From Camelus ferus (taxonomy: Eukaryota): a DNA stretch of 64,000 nucleotides. Both the position numbers and the translations under genes were made by a program. Of the stretch, positions 36,937-49,188 are shown in pieces. Position 1 is the first letter of the stretch. The number at the start of each line of letters is the position of its first letter. A model generated the notes under the pieces. That model saw nothing but the letters and a program-made list of their open reading frames with translations, had not been told where the DNA came from and did no database searches. The stretch covers positions 64,482,001 through 64,546,000 of the forward strand of contig NC_045707.1 in NCBI RefSeq assembly GCF_009834535.1, in the 5' to 3' direction.

Positions 36937-37199
36937 ATTCTTTACAGATTAAAAGAAAAATTTCAGCTCTCCTTGAGACAAGATAAAGAGAAAAACCAGG
37001 AGATCCACCTGTCACCCATTACGTTACAGCCGTCACAGGCTGAAGCAAAGGCAGCCACCAGCATGGTCCAGCCTGAGCAGGCTCCGAAGATACTGAACGT
37101 GGTCGTGGACCCTCAAGGCCAGTACACTCCTGAGATCAGGGCCGCCACCTCTGTCTGCCCTTCTCCTTTCAAAATGAAGCCCATAGGCCTTCAGGAGAG
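36937..37199 (+). CDS. PTPRR: PTPRR juxtamembrane exon (human exon 6 equivalent) ending in the first half of the KIM motif, phase 0-2, 263 nt
   Basis: ctccttctatag acceptor, GAG/gtaaga donor. Translates ILYRLKEKFQLSLRQDKEKNQEIHLSPITLQPSQAEAKAATSMVQPEQAPKILNVVVDPQGQYTPEIRAATSVCPSPFKMKPIGLQE-R. Overlaps track ORF 36973..37203. Confidence 0.97.
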
Positions 37200-38027
37200 G
37201 TAAGAGCTTTCTCTGGATCCCCCTATATATATTTTTTTCAGAGTATTCACCGACTGAAAAGGGTAGGATGAATGGGATATTGGGTAGAATCATTCACCAC
37301 CCAGTGGACACCAGCAGGAAGCAGTCTTGCTTGTCCCCTGAAAGTGTCTAGCTGTGTTATCAAAAATCTATGAGTTATATCTGATTTTTTTAAGCTGGTA
37401 TAGACCCAAGCCAAGCCTTCTTCAACTACAGGACAGCGTCTATAATCATATATTGAATGCTTTTTGAAGGCCACTGACCTCACATAACACTATTTTGTTT
37501 AATTGTCACCAAAGCTCTTAGGTTATTTCTCACCAAAAACTGCATTGTTTGGAGTAAGGTAGGAGTCTATGCCACAAATTAATTTCTATAAAGTTTTCCC
37601 TCTGCTTCCTTTGAGGAAAAGAATAAAACAGTAAATATCTCAAGCTTCATGACATATCTTTGCTGCCTTACCTGCCTTCGTGATGTGCTTACACGGGTAC
37701 ATTCCTATTTAAAGCAAATCTAGCCAATGAAAACTAGAATATGCAAAGTACTTAAATGAGGGGCTGATTCTTCACTTCTCCAGGATGTTAAGTTAAGTTT
37801 TCTCATGGAATTTCTTGAAATAAGAAATTTGATGTTTATACTTAAAATAAGATTAATATGTCCAACGTTGCACATCAGGGTGGTGGGGGAACTGAGAGCT
37901 CCTCAAAGTACGTGCCGTGGTTCATTCTCCTCTTATGTTCCTGTGTCTCCCTTCTCTGTCACTGTCGTTGTTGCCTTAGGTTTTTGGATCATGTGTATAA
38001 ATTTTAATTATAGATCCCCTTCCCATG

Positions 38028-38051
38028 CACACACACACACACACACACACA
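38028..38051. repeat. (CA)n microsatellite
   Basis: Direct inspection. Confidence 0.95.
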
Positions 38052-39654
38052 TCATTTCAGAAAATGGGGCTTTAAGAACTGCAGAAAACCTAGTTGGTCA
38101 TTCAGATATCTTCGAAAATATCGTCAAAGAACAATGACTGAAGGGAAGAGAAAGGCACTTCGCAGTGGTTTCCAGAGTCCTCTAAAAGGCAAACGCTTTG
38201 ACTACAAAACAAGGAAGTGGAGAACAGTCAGGTCATTCCTTCTACCTCCTCCCCAAAACATTGGTTGGTTTCTTTTCAAACCCACCTAGGTCTCCATGGG
38301 CCACTCTCTTACTTGGATATCACTAAGTTGCTGTCTGGGCTACAGCCTGGAAAGGTAGACAAGATGGAACTTTCTCCCTGAGGCCAACCAGGGGTCAGGA
38401 GACCTGGATTCCAGACCCAGCTCTGCCGTTTCTGGATCGAGTGGTTTCAGATGAGCCATTTACTGATCTGGGCCTCGCTTGCTGCTTCTTCTTCTGAAGG
38501 GGTTAAACTTAACTTCTTCACTTCCTTCAGGCTCTTCTTCTCTTGTTACCTAAGTTAGTTTCATGCCTTTCTGTTTGCTTCAAAGGGAAGCCTTGCAGTA
38601 GGCGTCTGAGCACCGGTGGGGTAGAAGGGCAGGCTCTGCTCAAATGGAAGTGATCGGGGGTCATTTTCTATAGGTGATTTAAAGATGATAATAAAACTGA
38701 CGAAGAGTCAGAGTAATTTTTATCATCATGCACCACGGATTCTAAGCAGGGTCAGTGGTTCAGTACTCTCGGGAGTACGTATTCCCAGCATCCCGCCCTT
38801 TGAGGCCACTGCTGAGCATGTTTGAATTTCAAGGAACATAAGGTTAAATATCCATTAATTCACTTAAATGAAGTGAATGTGTGAGAAAGGAGAGTACGGG
38901 GATGGTGTCTTGCTCATCTTTGTGGTCCACGTAGGGGGCTGTAGGGAGCAAGTGTGTGGTCAGTATTAAAAGGATTCCCTGGTCTACAGACATCCCTGCA
39001 TGCCACCCATCGCCCCCTACTTCTTGCCCACCTCAGAGCAGGAGAAAGCGCTTCCCCCACGAGGGTTCCAGGTTCTGCCCTCCAACCCTGGTAACTTCCT
39101 CCATCAATTTTCTTCCTCTGTTTTCAGCTCCCCTCTCTTTGCTAATGCTACACCCTCGGCATAAGAAACAGGTTCTCTTTTGCATCAGAGAAACTCCCTT
39201 AACCCAATTCCTCCTCTGGTTCTTGTCTTTCCCTCCTTTCTCACTCGTGTCTCACATGAGTTGAGTATATCTGATGCCTCTTTGGTCTTTTTCCAACCTC
39301 CATCCTCCCGATTTCTCTCACATATGCTCACCGAGCGTATCCATGGTCCAAAGCACATGTTTCATTGCTTTTCACATCCAGCACTAATGCCTCCTCCCTG
39401 TTTGAAACTCTCTCTTCCTTTGGCCTCTAAGACATTATATTTCCAGTTCTTGGGTGACTGCCTTTAAGCACACACACGCTCCTTTAGCCCCTTGACTTCA
39501 GAGTTTTGTCAGAGAGGCAGGCGGAGCTGGACGTAATGCTTTAGGATTCATCCATGTAAAAGGTGGTAAGAAGGAGTGGCTGTGGTTGGATTACCCAGAA
39601 AGAAGAGGTCCTGAGGCGAGGATCAGAAGGGAGGAATAAAAAGGGAACATGGAA

Positions 39655-39990
39655 AGGGAAATTCAAGCATCACTTGCTCTCGGAAGCCATTCCAACCTCC
39701 CTTGAGTCTCCTTTCCCTCCTTCACCTGGTCCACCTGCCAACACCGATTCAGCTCCCTGACCTCCACTCCCCTCTACCCTCGTCCCGTAGCCTTGTGCGC
39801 CTACAATATTTATCCACTTCTTAAGGGTAGGTAAAATGTCCACTTACTAATCTATCTTACCCCGTAGACTCAAAGCTTCCTTGAGAGCACCTTTGTGATT
39901 TAATCGTCTTTGTCTCTTACATATAGAACGTAGTTCCTAAAAAGCAAGAGCTCCTGGAAATAAATGCTTAAATGAATGAATGAATGTTAT
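39655..39990 (+). mobile_element. L2 LINE 3' end
   Basis: catcacttgctctcggaagcc...tagactcaaagcttccttgagagca...aataaatgcttaaatgaatgaatgaatg. Confidence 0.8.
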
Positions 39991-40779
39991 AATGAATAAT
40001 TCTCGGGTTAACGTCCAGTAATTGTAGTGAAACACTTTGCTTATTCCACTATCCCTGTGGTCACCCCAGTTTTCTGCCATAATTCGCTGCCAGGACGGCA
40101 TGATGATGCATTTTAAGAGTGATAAGTTATGAAGGCTATACAGTGTTCGGTACAGTCACAAAACTTTCCTGAGAGTTTTAAGCCTTAAAACTTAATTTAT
40201 GTTTCTATATTCTAACAGTGCCTTTAAAATAGCCTTCCATCTCCTGATCCTGGAGTGAAATAATGGTCCTCTGTTTATTGCATGAAAGTCTGGCTTCATT
40301 AACATCACTGTGAAACCATAAAGGCTGCATTCTGAGTCACTTGTCCCCAAAATCTTTTGGGCCATGCCATATAAATCTCTCATCCCGGCTGGGGAGAATC
40401 TATGACTCTGACATTACTGATAATAAAACATGATTTTAAATTAAAAATAAGCAAAATGTAGAGACTAATTGCATATGCTTAACTGAGTGCAAAGGATATA
40501 CCCTGAAAGTTATGAAGATTAAAGTATTTGAAGGTGAGGGACATAGCAGTTCCCTCATTTCTCCCTATTTCTAGCTGGTCACCAGGTCATACTGACTCTG
40601 GCCATTTGGATTTTTCTCATTATCGAGTTGTCTCTTTGTAACCATCATCCTGGACCCAGCTCTTAATATTTTTATACTTAAAATATTGTGTCTTATGATT
40701 ATAAAAATGATACCAGGACTAGTCTGTGTTCAATATTTCACCTTTTCGGCCTGGTCTAATCATCTTCTTTCCCTTAATT

Positions 40780-41350
40780 CATACAATACACTCTTCAGAT
40801 TTCCCTTGCTGTAACAATATTTGCGTTATGTTACGATGCTGAGTAAAAATCCTCAATAGATTCTTTCTGCCTACAGGATAAGGCACAGGCCACCTCGCTT
40901 AGAGGTCCTGTACTGCCTGGCCCTGGTCATTCTCTGCAAATCTGCTTGCCTCTGTGACAGCTTCCCTCCCCCCAGTAAACCTCCCGCTCCCTCCAGTGTG
41001 TTCTCAGCGTGCCGCGTTCCTGTCCACACGTGCACCTTTGCTTGCCTGGTCCCTTTTCACCTTCCTTGTATCTGTCTCTTGTCTCCAAATCCCAACATGA
41101 AACCTGCCTTCTACCATCGGCCGTGACCCCATTGGCGAGCCTTAACACCTCTGAATCCTCACCTGCACCGCTCCTCCAGCAGTGATTTTAATTAGAGAGT
41201 ATTTCAGAAAGGGACTGAAACTGATTGCTCGTGGATTGTCCTGTCCCCTCACCAGCCTGTGAGAATCTGAAGGACTCCGCACAGGCTCAGGATGCTCTGT
41301 GTCTCCCACGGGTCCTGTAGTCCTGGCACATCGTAAACGCTCGAGAAACA
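40780..41350 (+). mobile_element. L2 LINE fragment
   Basis: aaatcctcaatagattctttctgcctacaggataag...accagcctgtgagaatc...gtcctggcacatcgtaaacgctc. Confidence 0.65.
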
Positions 41351-41684
41351 TCATAAGAGTTAACTAACTGATCAGTGTTGCTCTACATTTGGGGATCTCA
41401 TATTTTTATTTTCAGAATTCCATGAAAGCAAGTAGCCTAATGATAAACTACAGAGCTAAATGAATGACTCAGCAGGTCAACTAAGTCCTTATGGTGTAGG
41501 TTTCCCAATCTGCAAAACAGGTCTGATAATATCCGTTCCACCTTTTTTCAAAGGATACCAGAAAATTAACAAGCAGCATAAAATGGCATTGTGCCTTTGA
41601 GAAGGAAAAGAAAATCTAGTATTCCTTTTATTTTTTATTCTCTGGTCCCATTCCACAAGCCTAGACTAGGTCCATTATATTTTT

Positions 41685-42610
41685 TTAATTTTATTTTATT
41701 GAGTTATAGTCAGTTTACAATACTGTGTCAAATTCCAGTGTAGAGCACAATTTTTCAGTTATACATGAACATACACATACTCATTGTTGCATCCTTTTTC
41801 CCTGTGAGCTACCACAAGATCTTGTATATATTTCCCTGTGCTATACAGGATAATCTTGTTTATCTATTCTACGTATGCCTGTCAGTATCTACAAATTTCA
41901 AACTCCCAGTCTGTCCCTTCCTGCCCCCCTCCCCCCTGGCAACCACAAATTTGTATTCTATGTCTATGAGTCTGTTTCTGTTTTGTATTTATGTTCATTT
42001 GTCTTTTTCTTTTTAGATTCCACATATAAGCGATCTCATATGGTATTTTTCTTTCTCTTTCTGGCTTACTTCACTTAGAATGGCATTCTCTAGGTCCATC
42101 CATGTTGCTGCAAATGGCATTCTGTTGTCATTTTTATGGCTGAGTAGTATTCCATTGTATAAATATACTACATCTTCTTTATCCAGTCATCTGTTGATGG
42201 ACATTTATGCTGTTTCCATGTCTTGGCTATTGTAAATAGTGCTGCTATGAACATTGGGGTGCAGGTGTCTTTTTGAAGTAGGGTTCCTTCTGGATATATG
42301 CCCAGGAGCGGGATTCCTGGGTCAAATGGTAAGCATATTCCTAGTCTTTTGAGGAATCTCCATACTGTTTTCCACAGTGACTGCGCCAAACTGCATTCCC
42401 ACCAGCAGTGTAGGAGGGTTCCCTTTCCTCCACAGCCTCTCCAGCATTTGTCATTTGTGAACTTTTGAATGATGGCCATTCTGACTGGTGTGAGGTGATA
42501 CCTCATTGTAGTTTTGATTTGCATTTCTCTGATAATTAGTGATATTGAGCATTTTTTCATGTGTCTATTGATCATTTGTATTTCTTCATTGGAGAATTGC
42601 TTGTTTAGGT
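41685..42610 (-). mobile_element. 5'-truncated young L1 (ORF2 C-terminal region and 3' UTR) with TSD
   Basis: Track ORF 42168..42575 ([31 protein letters not shown]...HCWWEC...WKTVWRFLK...[18 protein letters not shown]) is L1 ORF2. TSD cattatattttt at 41673 and 42611. Confidence 0.96.
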
Positions 42611-43827
42611 CATTATATTTTTGAACTCAGGAACATTGAAACTTTTTAACTGAATTCATACAGTTGAACCTCCCATTTGACATTGTAAATAATTTTTTTA
42701 AGCGTCAGTTGACTTACAGTTTTTCTGATCCTGTTTATAAATTGGGCCACTCAATGTTATTTAACAGCTATTAATATCAAATTAATATCAAAGGAAATCT
42801 ATTCCCTTCTAACAAATGATTTCATTTCCCATGGTGAGTGTGCAAATTTGGGGGGTGTGTTCAGGTGCCTGCCCCACACCTACTGTGCATATAACTTGTT
42901 CATCTGTGAGGTGGAGAACCACAGGTGCCTTGCCCAGGCCTTATGACAGCCAAACCAGACAAGGAAGGTCATGTGGCTGAAACAGCAGGAGGCCACAGTT
43001 AGCTCCTGTCCCTTCTTCTGTCCCATTCCTGCTCTCCTCAAACTCCTCGCTTGTCACTCTTAAGGAAACTGTACAAAAGCCAGCTTCCAAATGCCCCGTA
43101 AGCAAGCGATCCCCTTCGGACCCTAGAATGATATGTATTCTTCCACGGGAAGAAGACAGAGAACTTGTACATACGAGTTTCTGCCATTTCCCCTTTAGGC
43201 TACTGGATGACTAAATAGCCAGTTTTAGGGAAAGGAAGTCACCAGATAGATTCACCTTATTTCCTCATTTTTCTCATTGGATTTTCTGTTAGAAGTAAAA
43301 AGTACACAAAGACAGTTAGAGAACTGTCCAGAAAAGAAGGCTAGCCTGGTGACTTACATGTGCCTCAGAAGTCAGTCAGTGAACCTGCAGGAATATGACA
43401 TTGTAGGAATATGACATTAATGGAGGTTTCCTTTCTGTCACAACCAAGGCCTCCTCAGGCCCCCGAGGGTTGCTGATACCCGATGAGTAATCATTCTCCA
43501 GCTTCACTTAAACGGTACCGTGCTATGCTTTGTGTGGCTGTCCGTAAATACTGTGCAAATGATGGTACAGCACCCAGGTGACGGGCATTTCAAGGTTTTC
43601 TTGGGGGCTGCAACCTGGCTGAGCCTGGGAGATTTCTATCAGAGCCAGAAGGATGTCTGCAGTGATGAAAGCAAGGAAAACACAGGCTTCGAGGAGAAAC
43701 CACTGAGTATTCGACACCTAGACTCAAAGCCTTTGCTGACTGTCACTTCCTCCATCAAGGTGCGATGTCTTGACTTCTGTGCCCGGTTCTCCCTAGCAGA
43801 GAAGCACTGCGGTGCTCAGAAATTTTA

Positions 43828-43948
43828 TTTTATTTTATTTTATTTTATTTTAATTTTTATTGAGTTATAGTCAGTTTACAATGTTGTGTCCATTTCCAGT
43901 GTAGAGCAAAATTTTTCAGTTATACATGAACATACATGTATTCATTGT
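43828..43948 (-). mobile_element. Short L1 3' end with (TTTTA)n tail and a 10-bp TSD
   Basis: tattgagttatagtcagtttacaatgttgtgtccatttccagtgtagagc, nearly identical to 41698-41790. agaaatttta occurs at 43818 and 43949. Confidence 0.9.
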
Positions 43949-44179
43949 AGAAATTTTAACTAAGGAGATACGTACTTAACTGTTCCTCCATTGAGCTCCC
44001 TTTGGAGATGTAAGTAAAGAAAAGAGCATATGATGTGTACAACGGAGGATCAGGTTGCCAAGTAGATGGAAATACTCTGGAAATTAAACTCCATATTCCC
44101 GAATTGGACCCATCTGTGAAAATGGATTCGACTCCCTCATTTTCTGGGGAGTAAAACTGAGGCCCAGAATCCTCTCTTT

Positions 44180-44610
44180 CAGGGGTTAGGGGAGGTTCCC
44201 TAAAAGCAGCTGAGACAAGGATTCTTGTCCGAGTGATTTGGGAGGAAGCTGTCAGGAGAAGCCCAAGGGAAGGTAGGGGACAGAGGAAATGAAGCCGAGC
44301 AAAGAGGCGATTCCAGCTGATGTCCGGCCTCAGCCCGGCCACACAGGGAGAGCGGGAGCATGAGTCGGTCCACCTTGAGGCCAGCGGGCTGACCATCTGT
44401 TCCCCGTGGAAGTCAGCCATTGACTGCAGGCCATCCTGGGGGATGTTGGAGACATAACCGCCCAGGCACCTCTGGACCAAGGCTGCTCCCATCCGCAGAG
44501 GGAGACTGTGAAGCTGTGTGCCGTCCACAGCCAGAACCCCAGCAGCGGGGGAGGGGAGGGGAGGGCACCAGCCCCGTGAAGGTGATGGGGGGGGACCCCA
44601 GCAGCATTAA
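44180..44610. mobile_element. MLT1-type (ERVL-MaLR) solo LTR
   Basis: gttccctaaaagcagctgagacaaggattcttgtccgagtgatttgggaggaag...agtcagccattgactgcaggcc. Explains several overlapping GC-rich ORFs. Confidence 0.7.
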
Positions 44611-44874
44611 TGCACTTGCCAGAGGCTAGAACATGCTTTATAGCAGAGCTCAGTGTATGCGCCTGGTTTCCTTGCTCTTTCCGGGCTGTTCTACACCTAC
44701 CGCATTGCCTCCTTCAAATAAATGCTGCTCGTGTGAGTGGGGCCTGGGACCAGCACCAGGGAACACAGTCCATCACCCACAACTCTTTTGCTCAGCCTGA
44801 CATCACGGGCGTCGTAACGAACACCCCTTCCACAGTCAATCCTAATTTAATTCCAAGTAACAGCAATAAAGGTG

Positions 44875-45090
44875 ACAACTCAGTAAGACTGAGTGACCCT
44901 TCACGTGCATTCTCTCGTTTAACCCTCACAAGGGATTTGTATTCCCCTCCAGCAGTGAGGAAAACTAATGCTCAGAGAGGTGCATTTACTGCTGAAATAA
45001 CGTGATAGTAAGTTACCGGGGTGTGAGAATGACAAGCGGCGTTTGAACCCAAGCCATCTGGTTCTAGAGGCTGAAGCCCTAACTGGTACT
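44875..45090 (-). mobile_element. MIR SINE
   Basis: attctctcgtttaaccctcacaa...gtgaggaaaactaatgctcagagagg...gtttgaacccaagccatctgg. Confidence 0.8.
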
Positions 45091-45609
45091 GTGGTGGGGG
45101 GCGGGGCGGTGAACAGGGGGCATCCCTATATTCTATGGAAAATGAGTGAAGATAGATGGCATCAACATGTTTAGTAAGTAGGCGCATTTTGGAGGGTCAT
45201 GCTGTTCTTCCTCTTGGCAAATTTCACTCTTGGCTTTCAAGATGTCTTTCAGATTCTAAGTCAGGGAGAATTCAGTTTTGTGGGGTAGTTTCAAAATACT
45301 CGAGGTGGAGAACCATTTCATTGCCAGCCTTGTTTGTTTGTTTTTTCATCTGGTCGTTCCCATTCTGGAAGCCCGGTGGGAATCCCACACAGAGGACCAG
45401 GACGGGGGCAAAGACGAATATAGGAAAGAAGGGAGAGGGAGACTGGAGGCAGTAATCCAGAAAGCTGGGAGGTCTCTGTATTGTCCAGACAGCCTGGATA
45501 ATGACTGAGCCCATTTCGCTTTGTGTGTGGTGGGCAGGGGAGGTGGGCGGGCACATGTTCATGCTCCTGCAGCGAGCTGTTGCCTGTGCATGGGAAGAGA
45601 GGACAGATA

Positions 45610-45850
45610 ATAAAAGCTAACGCACTGACCACTGACCTACCATATGCCAATCACGGGGCCGGTGTATGTCTTATACACTCTTCACGACATCCCTTGAGGT
45701 GGGTGTTATTTTTCTGCCCATCTTGCAGGGGAGCTAACACAGACTCAGAGCCACCAAACACCATGCACAACGTCACAAAGAAATAAAGGTGGAGTTGAAG
45801 ATTCAAATCTGGACATTCTGGCTCCACAGTCTGCACATATCCACTCTGTT
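45610..45850 (-). mobile_element. MIR SINE
   Basis: cacgacatcccttgaggtgggtgttatt...agattcaaatctggacattctggctccaca. Confidence 0.7.
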
Positions 45851-47553
45851 CTGCCTCATCCTAGATGAGACAGATGATAACATTTTAAGCGTATCTGTAT
45901 TTTGGGGATCATAGCCTTATAAAATATTTTATGGGGCTGTCCAGACTTGGGGAGGCATTAGAGACATGCACCAGCCCTTCATTAATGGTGAACATCGAGC
46001 TGTTTTCCCTTTAATTTGTAGGAGAGACATGACTGCATTTTTATAAAGGTGGGTTGGGGTTCTGAAGGTTTAGAAAAAAAACTTCAAATGGTTCTTTATT
46101 TATTTTTAAAAATAACCCATTGGGATTGAGAACACGGAGGCAAAAGTTTTGGAATCTGCCCCAAAATGAATGGCAAATCAGACAAAAGGTAACAGTGGAA
46201 AATGAAAAAAAAAAATGGCAGTGGATACAACCTGGGGAGAGCAGAACAGAAATCAAGATCTATTTTTAAGGAATTAAATGTAGCAGTGTTCTGCCTAGAA
46301 AAGTTAAAAATTGGCCACCACTTGTTGGCAAGCAAAGAACTACCCTGTCTCCGAGCAGAGTGTCTGAGCCTTTGTGAACAAGTCCCAAGCGTGGAGACCT
46401 GGAAGCGGCTCTGACAGCCATCACTGTAATAGCTATTTCCTCTCTCCACCTTCCTCAGTTTCCCACTTGTGGCCCCTGGCAGAGTAACAGGACTAAGTCC
46501 CGTTGGATCCTCGTACCGCTGTATCTTCCACCAGCCCACCCATCACACAGGCTCCTTCATCCTGAGATGCAGGCAGAAGGGGCTTCTCAGCACACGCCCC
46601 CCCCCCCCGCATCCTTCAACATCCATCAACTTGTAACCTGACCTTGACACCGGCGTCCAGCTTTACGAGGTGGTCTCCATTCCCTCCCACACTATGGGGG
46701 GTGGAGAGGTGGGGGGCAAACTCCACTTACCTTCTGGGACTCTTAGAGCCATTCTACAGGGTATGACGCATTTTTAGAGAGAATTATGTGCTTCCCTTAG
46801 CTGCATGATGCTGGCGTCTCTGTGGAGTTCTCGCCCTGACCCTATGGAAGAGGTTATAGTGGTAGAATTGTTTGAGGTTTGCGTTCGCCCATCACTCTGC
46901 GTCTGATCAAATTAGAGTCTCACTGGGGAGAGTGCTAAATGCAGTGCTTTCTGAAGTGAGATTTCAAGTCTCGGCTAGGGGACCATGTTCCAGATCTTGG
47001 TGTACAGGTGAACAGAAGTAGGTAAAATCGCCCTTTTCTGTGGAAGCATTTTAATTCAGGGCAGGCACAGACAATTCCCAGAGTACATTCTGCTTCCTAT
47101 TTTGAGAGAGACCAGCTTGGAATCTCAGTTACTGTGTCAGGAGAGTGTTCCGTGGAGGCAGAGACGTTTGCTTTTGGAGTTACTTGAAATGTGTCATAAA
47201 GCTACAGCTCAGGGTCCCACTCTTTGCACTGAATGGGCTGCTCGAACCTTGTTTTCCTGTGAAGTGATGCTCCACTCTGTTCTCATCAGCTTCTCCCAGC
47301 TGTTGATACATGACCTCTAAAGCAAAACACTGAAAAATCACGGCTCACCCACGGCAGGTGACTTAAGCAAAGTTATCTTTCAACGGATGGTTTTTCACCT
47401 CTAAGTGTATTACAGATATTAAAGTGTCATTTCCATTTAGCAGTGCGTCATGATTGTCTGGGTATAATCGAAACATGGTGGCAGGGCTCTGATCTCTGAT
47501 GTGCTGTGAAGCTGGCCCCACGGAAGCCCATCTGATGGCAGTACGTGTGGAAA

Positions 47554-47572
47554 TAGTGCCCTCTAGTGGAGA
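47554..47572 (-). promoter_or_regulatory. Strong CTCF core motif
   Basis: The - strand reads TCTCCACTAGAGGGCACTA, matching the CTCF consensus CCACYAGRKGGCRC at every position. Lies in non-repetitive sequence. Confidence 0.65.
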
Positions 47573-48249
47573 ACTGCGTGTTGAAGCCATTGTTAGCTCG
47601 TCTCATCTAGGGAAAAGGAAGCCAGCGCTTGTTTTTGCAAAAAAAAAAAAAAAAAAAAAAAATCCATAATGATTTTTGTCCTCTCTAGTAGCTGACGCAG
47701 GATCTCTTTTGGCAGGTACTTTAGAGAAAGGTCTCATTGTAGTGATTAAAGAGCTCTAACTTGAGAAATAACAAATGGATGTGAACATTTTCAAATACGA
47801 TGTGCATCCTGACAATGCTTAGCTTCCGATCGTTTTCATTTCCCACTAAATCCACCAGTCATTTTAAGGACAATGTGTCAAGCGAAATTATTATTGCCTA
47901 ATATGTCTTGTAATATCTCCATCCTTTTATTTAGGAGCCAATTTTTTCCTAAATCAGAGGTTTCAGTACGAGCCTAGTAATTCTTCCGTCTTCCAAGCCC
48001 TTTCACCCGCCTGCCTCACTTCTCATTTCCCTGCTTTTCCCTCCTGATTCTGATTCCCCCCCCCCCCCAACAGGGTGGTGTCTGTAGCACAATGCCTGAC
48101 ACATACTACATGTTCCATAAATACTTGTTAAATCTCAACAGGAGAAAAGGAAACAGTTCGTAAAACTAGATTCATTTTATGGAAAGAATCACTTAAAAAA
48201 AAAAGCAGATGATCCCCATTATCATTCTGTTGCCCTACAGACAGAAGTC

Positions 48250-48407
48250 TCGCAGCGCAGGGAACTATATTCAATATCTTTCAATAACCTTTAGTGAAAA
48301 AGAATATGAAAACGAATATATGTCTATATATGCATGCCTGGGACATTATGCGGCACACCAGAAATTGACACATTGTAACTGACTGTACTTCAATTTTTTT
48401 AAAAAAA
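48250..48407 (+). mobile_element. Short L1 3' end
   Basis: gcagggaactatattcaatatc...cacaccagaaattgacacattgtaactgactgtacttcaatt. Confidence 0.85.
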
Positions 48408-49061
48408 GTCCCTGGTGCTGCCTGTCCTGGTGAACCACCCTGAGGGTCTTAGAGCTGCTCTTCCTGCATGACCTTGATGTCACACTACACCACAGGGCAC
48501 TAAGACGGGGTTATAAAAACCCTCATTTTCCTGCTCTGAGTACAGTCTCCTGAGTGATTAGTTTCACTCTTGCTATGTTTTATTTGCTGTTGAATTTTGG
48601 CTCCTACGTTAGCATTTTGCTACTAAATCTCTGTTCAGAAGAATACCCTTCTCCTGACAGAATCCTTAGTCTACCTAAGGATTCTGAGAAACAAATTGGA
48701 ATTTTAAACCCACTTGAAGCAATAATGTGAGTAAAAATGAGGAAGCGCTAAAGGACCTATGAGAGTGAATATGTTAAAAGTATGGCAAAGACCTGCCGTG
48801 TACCCTGAGGGCGCAGACCTCAAATGTGCATCCTTAGGCGCGTTCGTCTCTGATGGACCCTCCCACTGCCTCCTTTCCCCAGTCTGTTCTTTTCCTAGTC
48901 AGCTCGCTGTCTCGTTGCTCACGGCAGCTTTTCCAGATCTGTACGCTTCTCCTTAAATTCCCTCCTGCTTCCCCCATTCTACCCATAGAAAGAACAAAGA
49001 CCTCCAGAAATAAACTGTCTCTAAACTACCCTCCTCCCCTCTCCTGACCCTACAGGTGCCT

Positions 49062-49188
49062 ACACACACACACACACGCGCGCGCACACACACACACCAC
49101 ACACGCGCTCGCGCGCGTGCACACACACCACACACACACACACACACATCACACACACCCGCGCGCACACGCACACACCACACACACG
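49062..49188. repeat. Compound (CA)n/(CG)n alternating purine-pyrimidine tract
   Basis: Direct inspection. Source of spurious ORF 48953..49192. Confidence 0.95.

Noticed and set aside
42168..42575. 135-aa ORF as a host gene
   Set aside because: It is the C-terminal part of L1 ORF2 in a 5'-truncated insertion.
43956..44528. Longest ORF in the track (190 aa, - strand)
   Set aside because: Overlaps an MLT1 LTR and other repeat-derived sequence. No recognisable domain. GC-rich LTR sequence gives long ORFs by chance.
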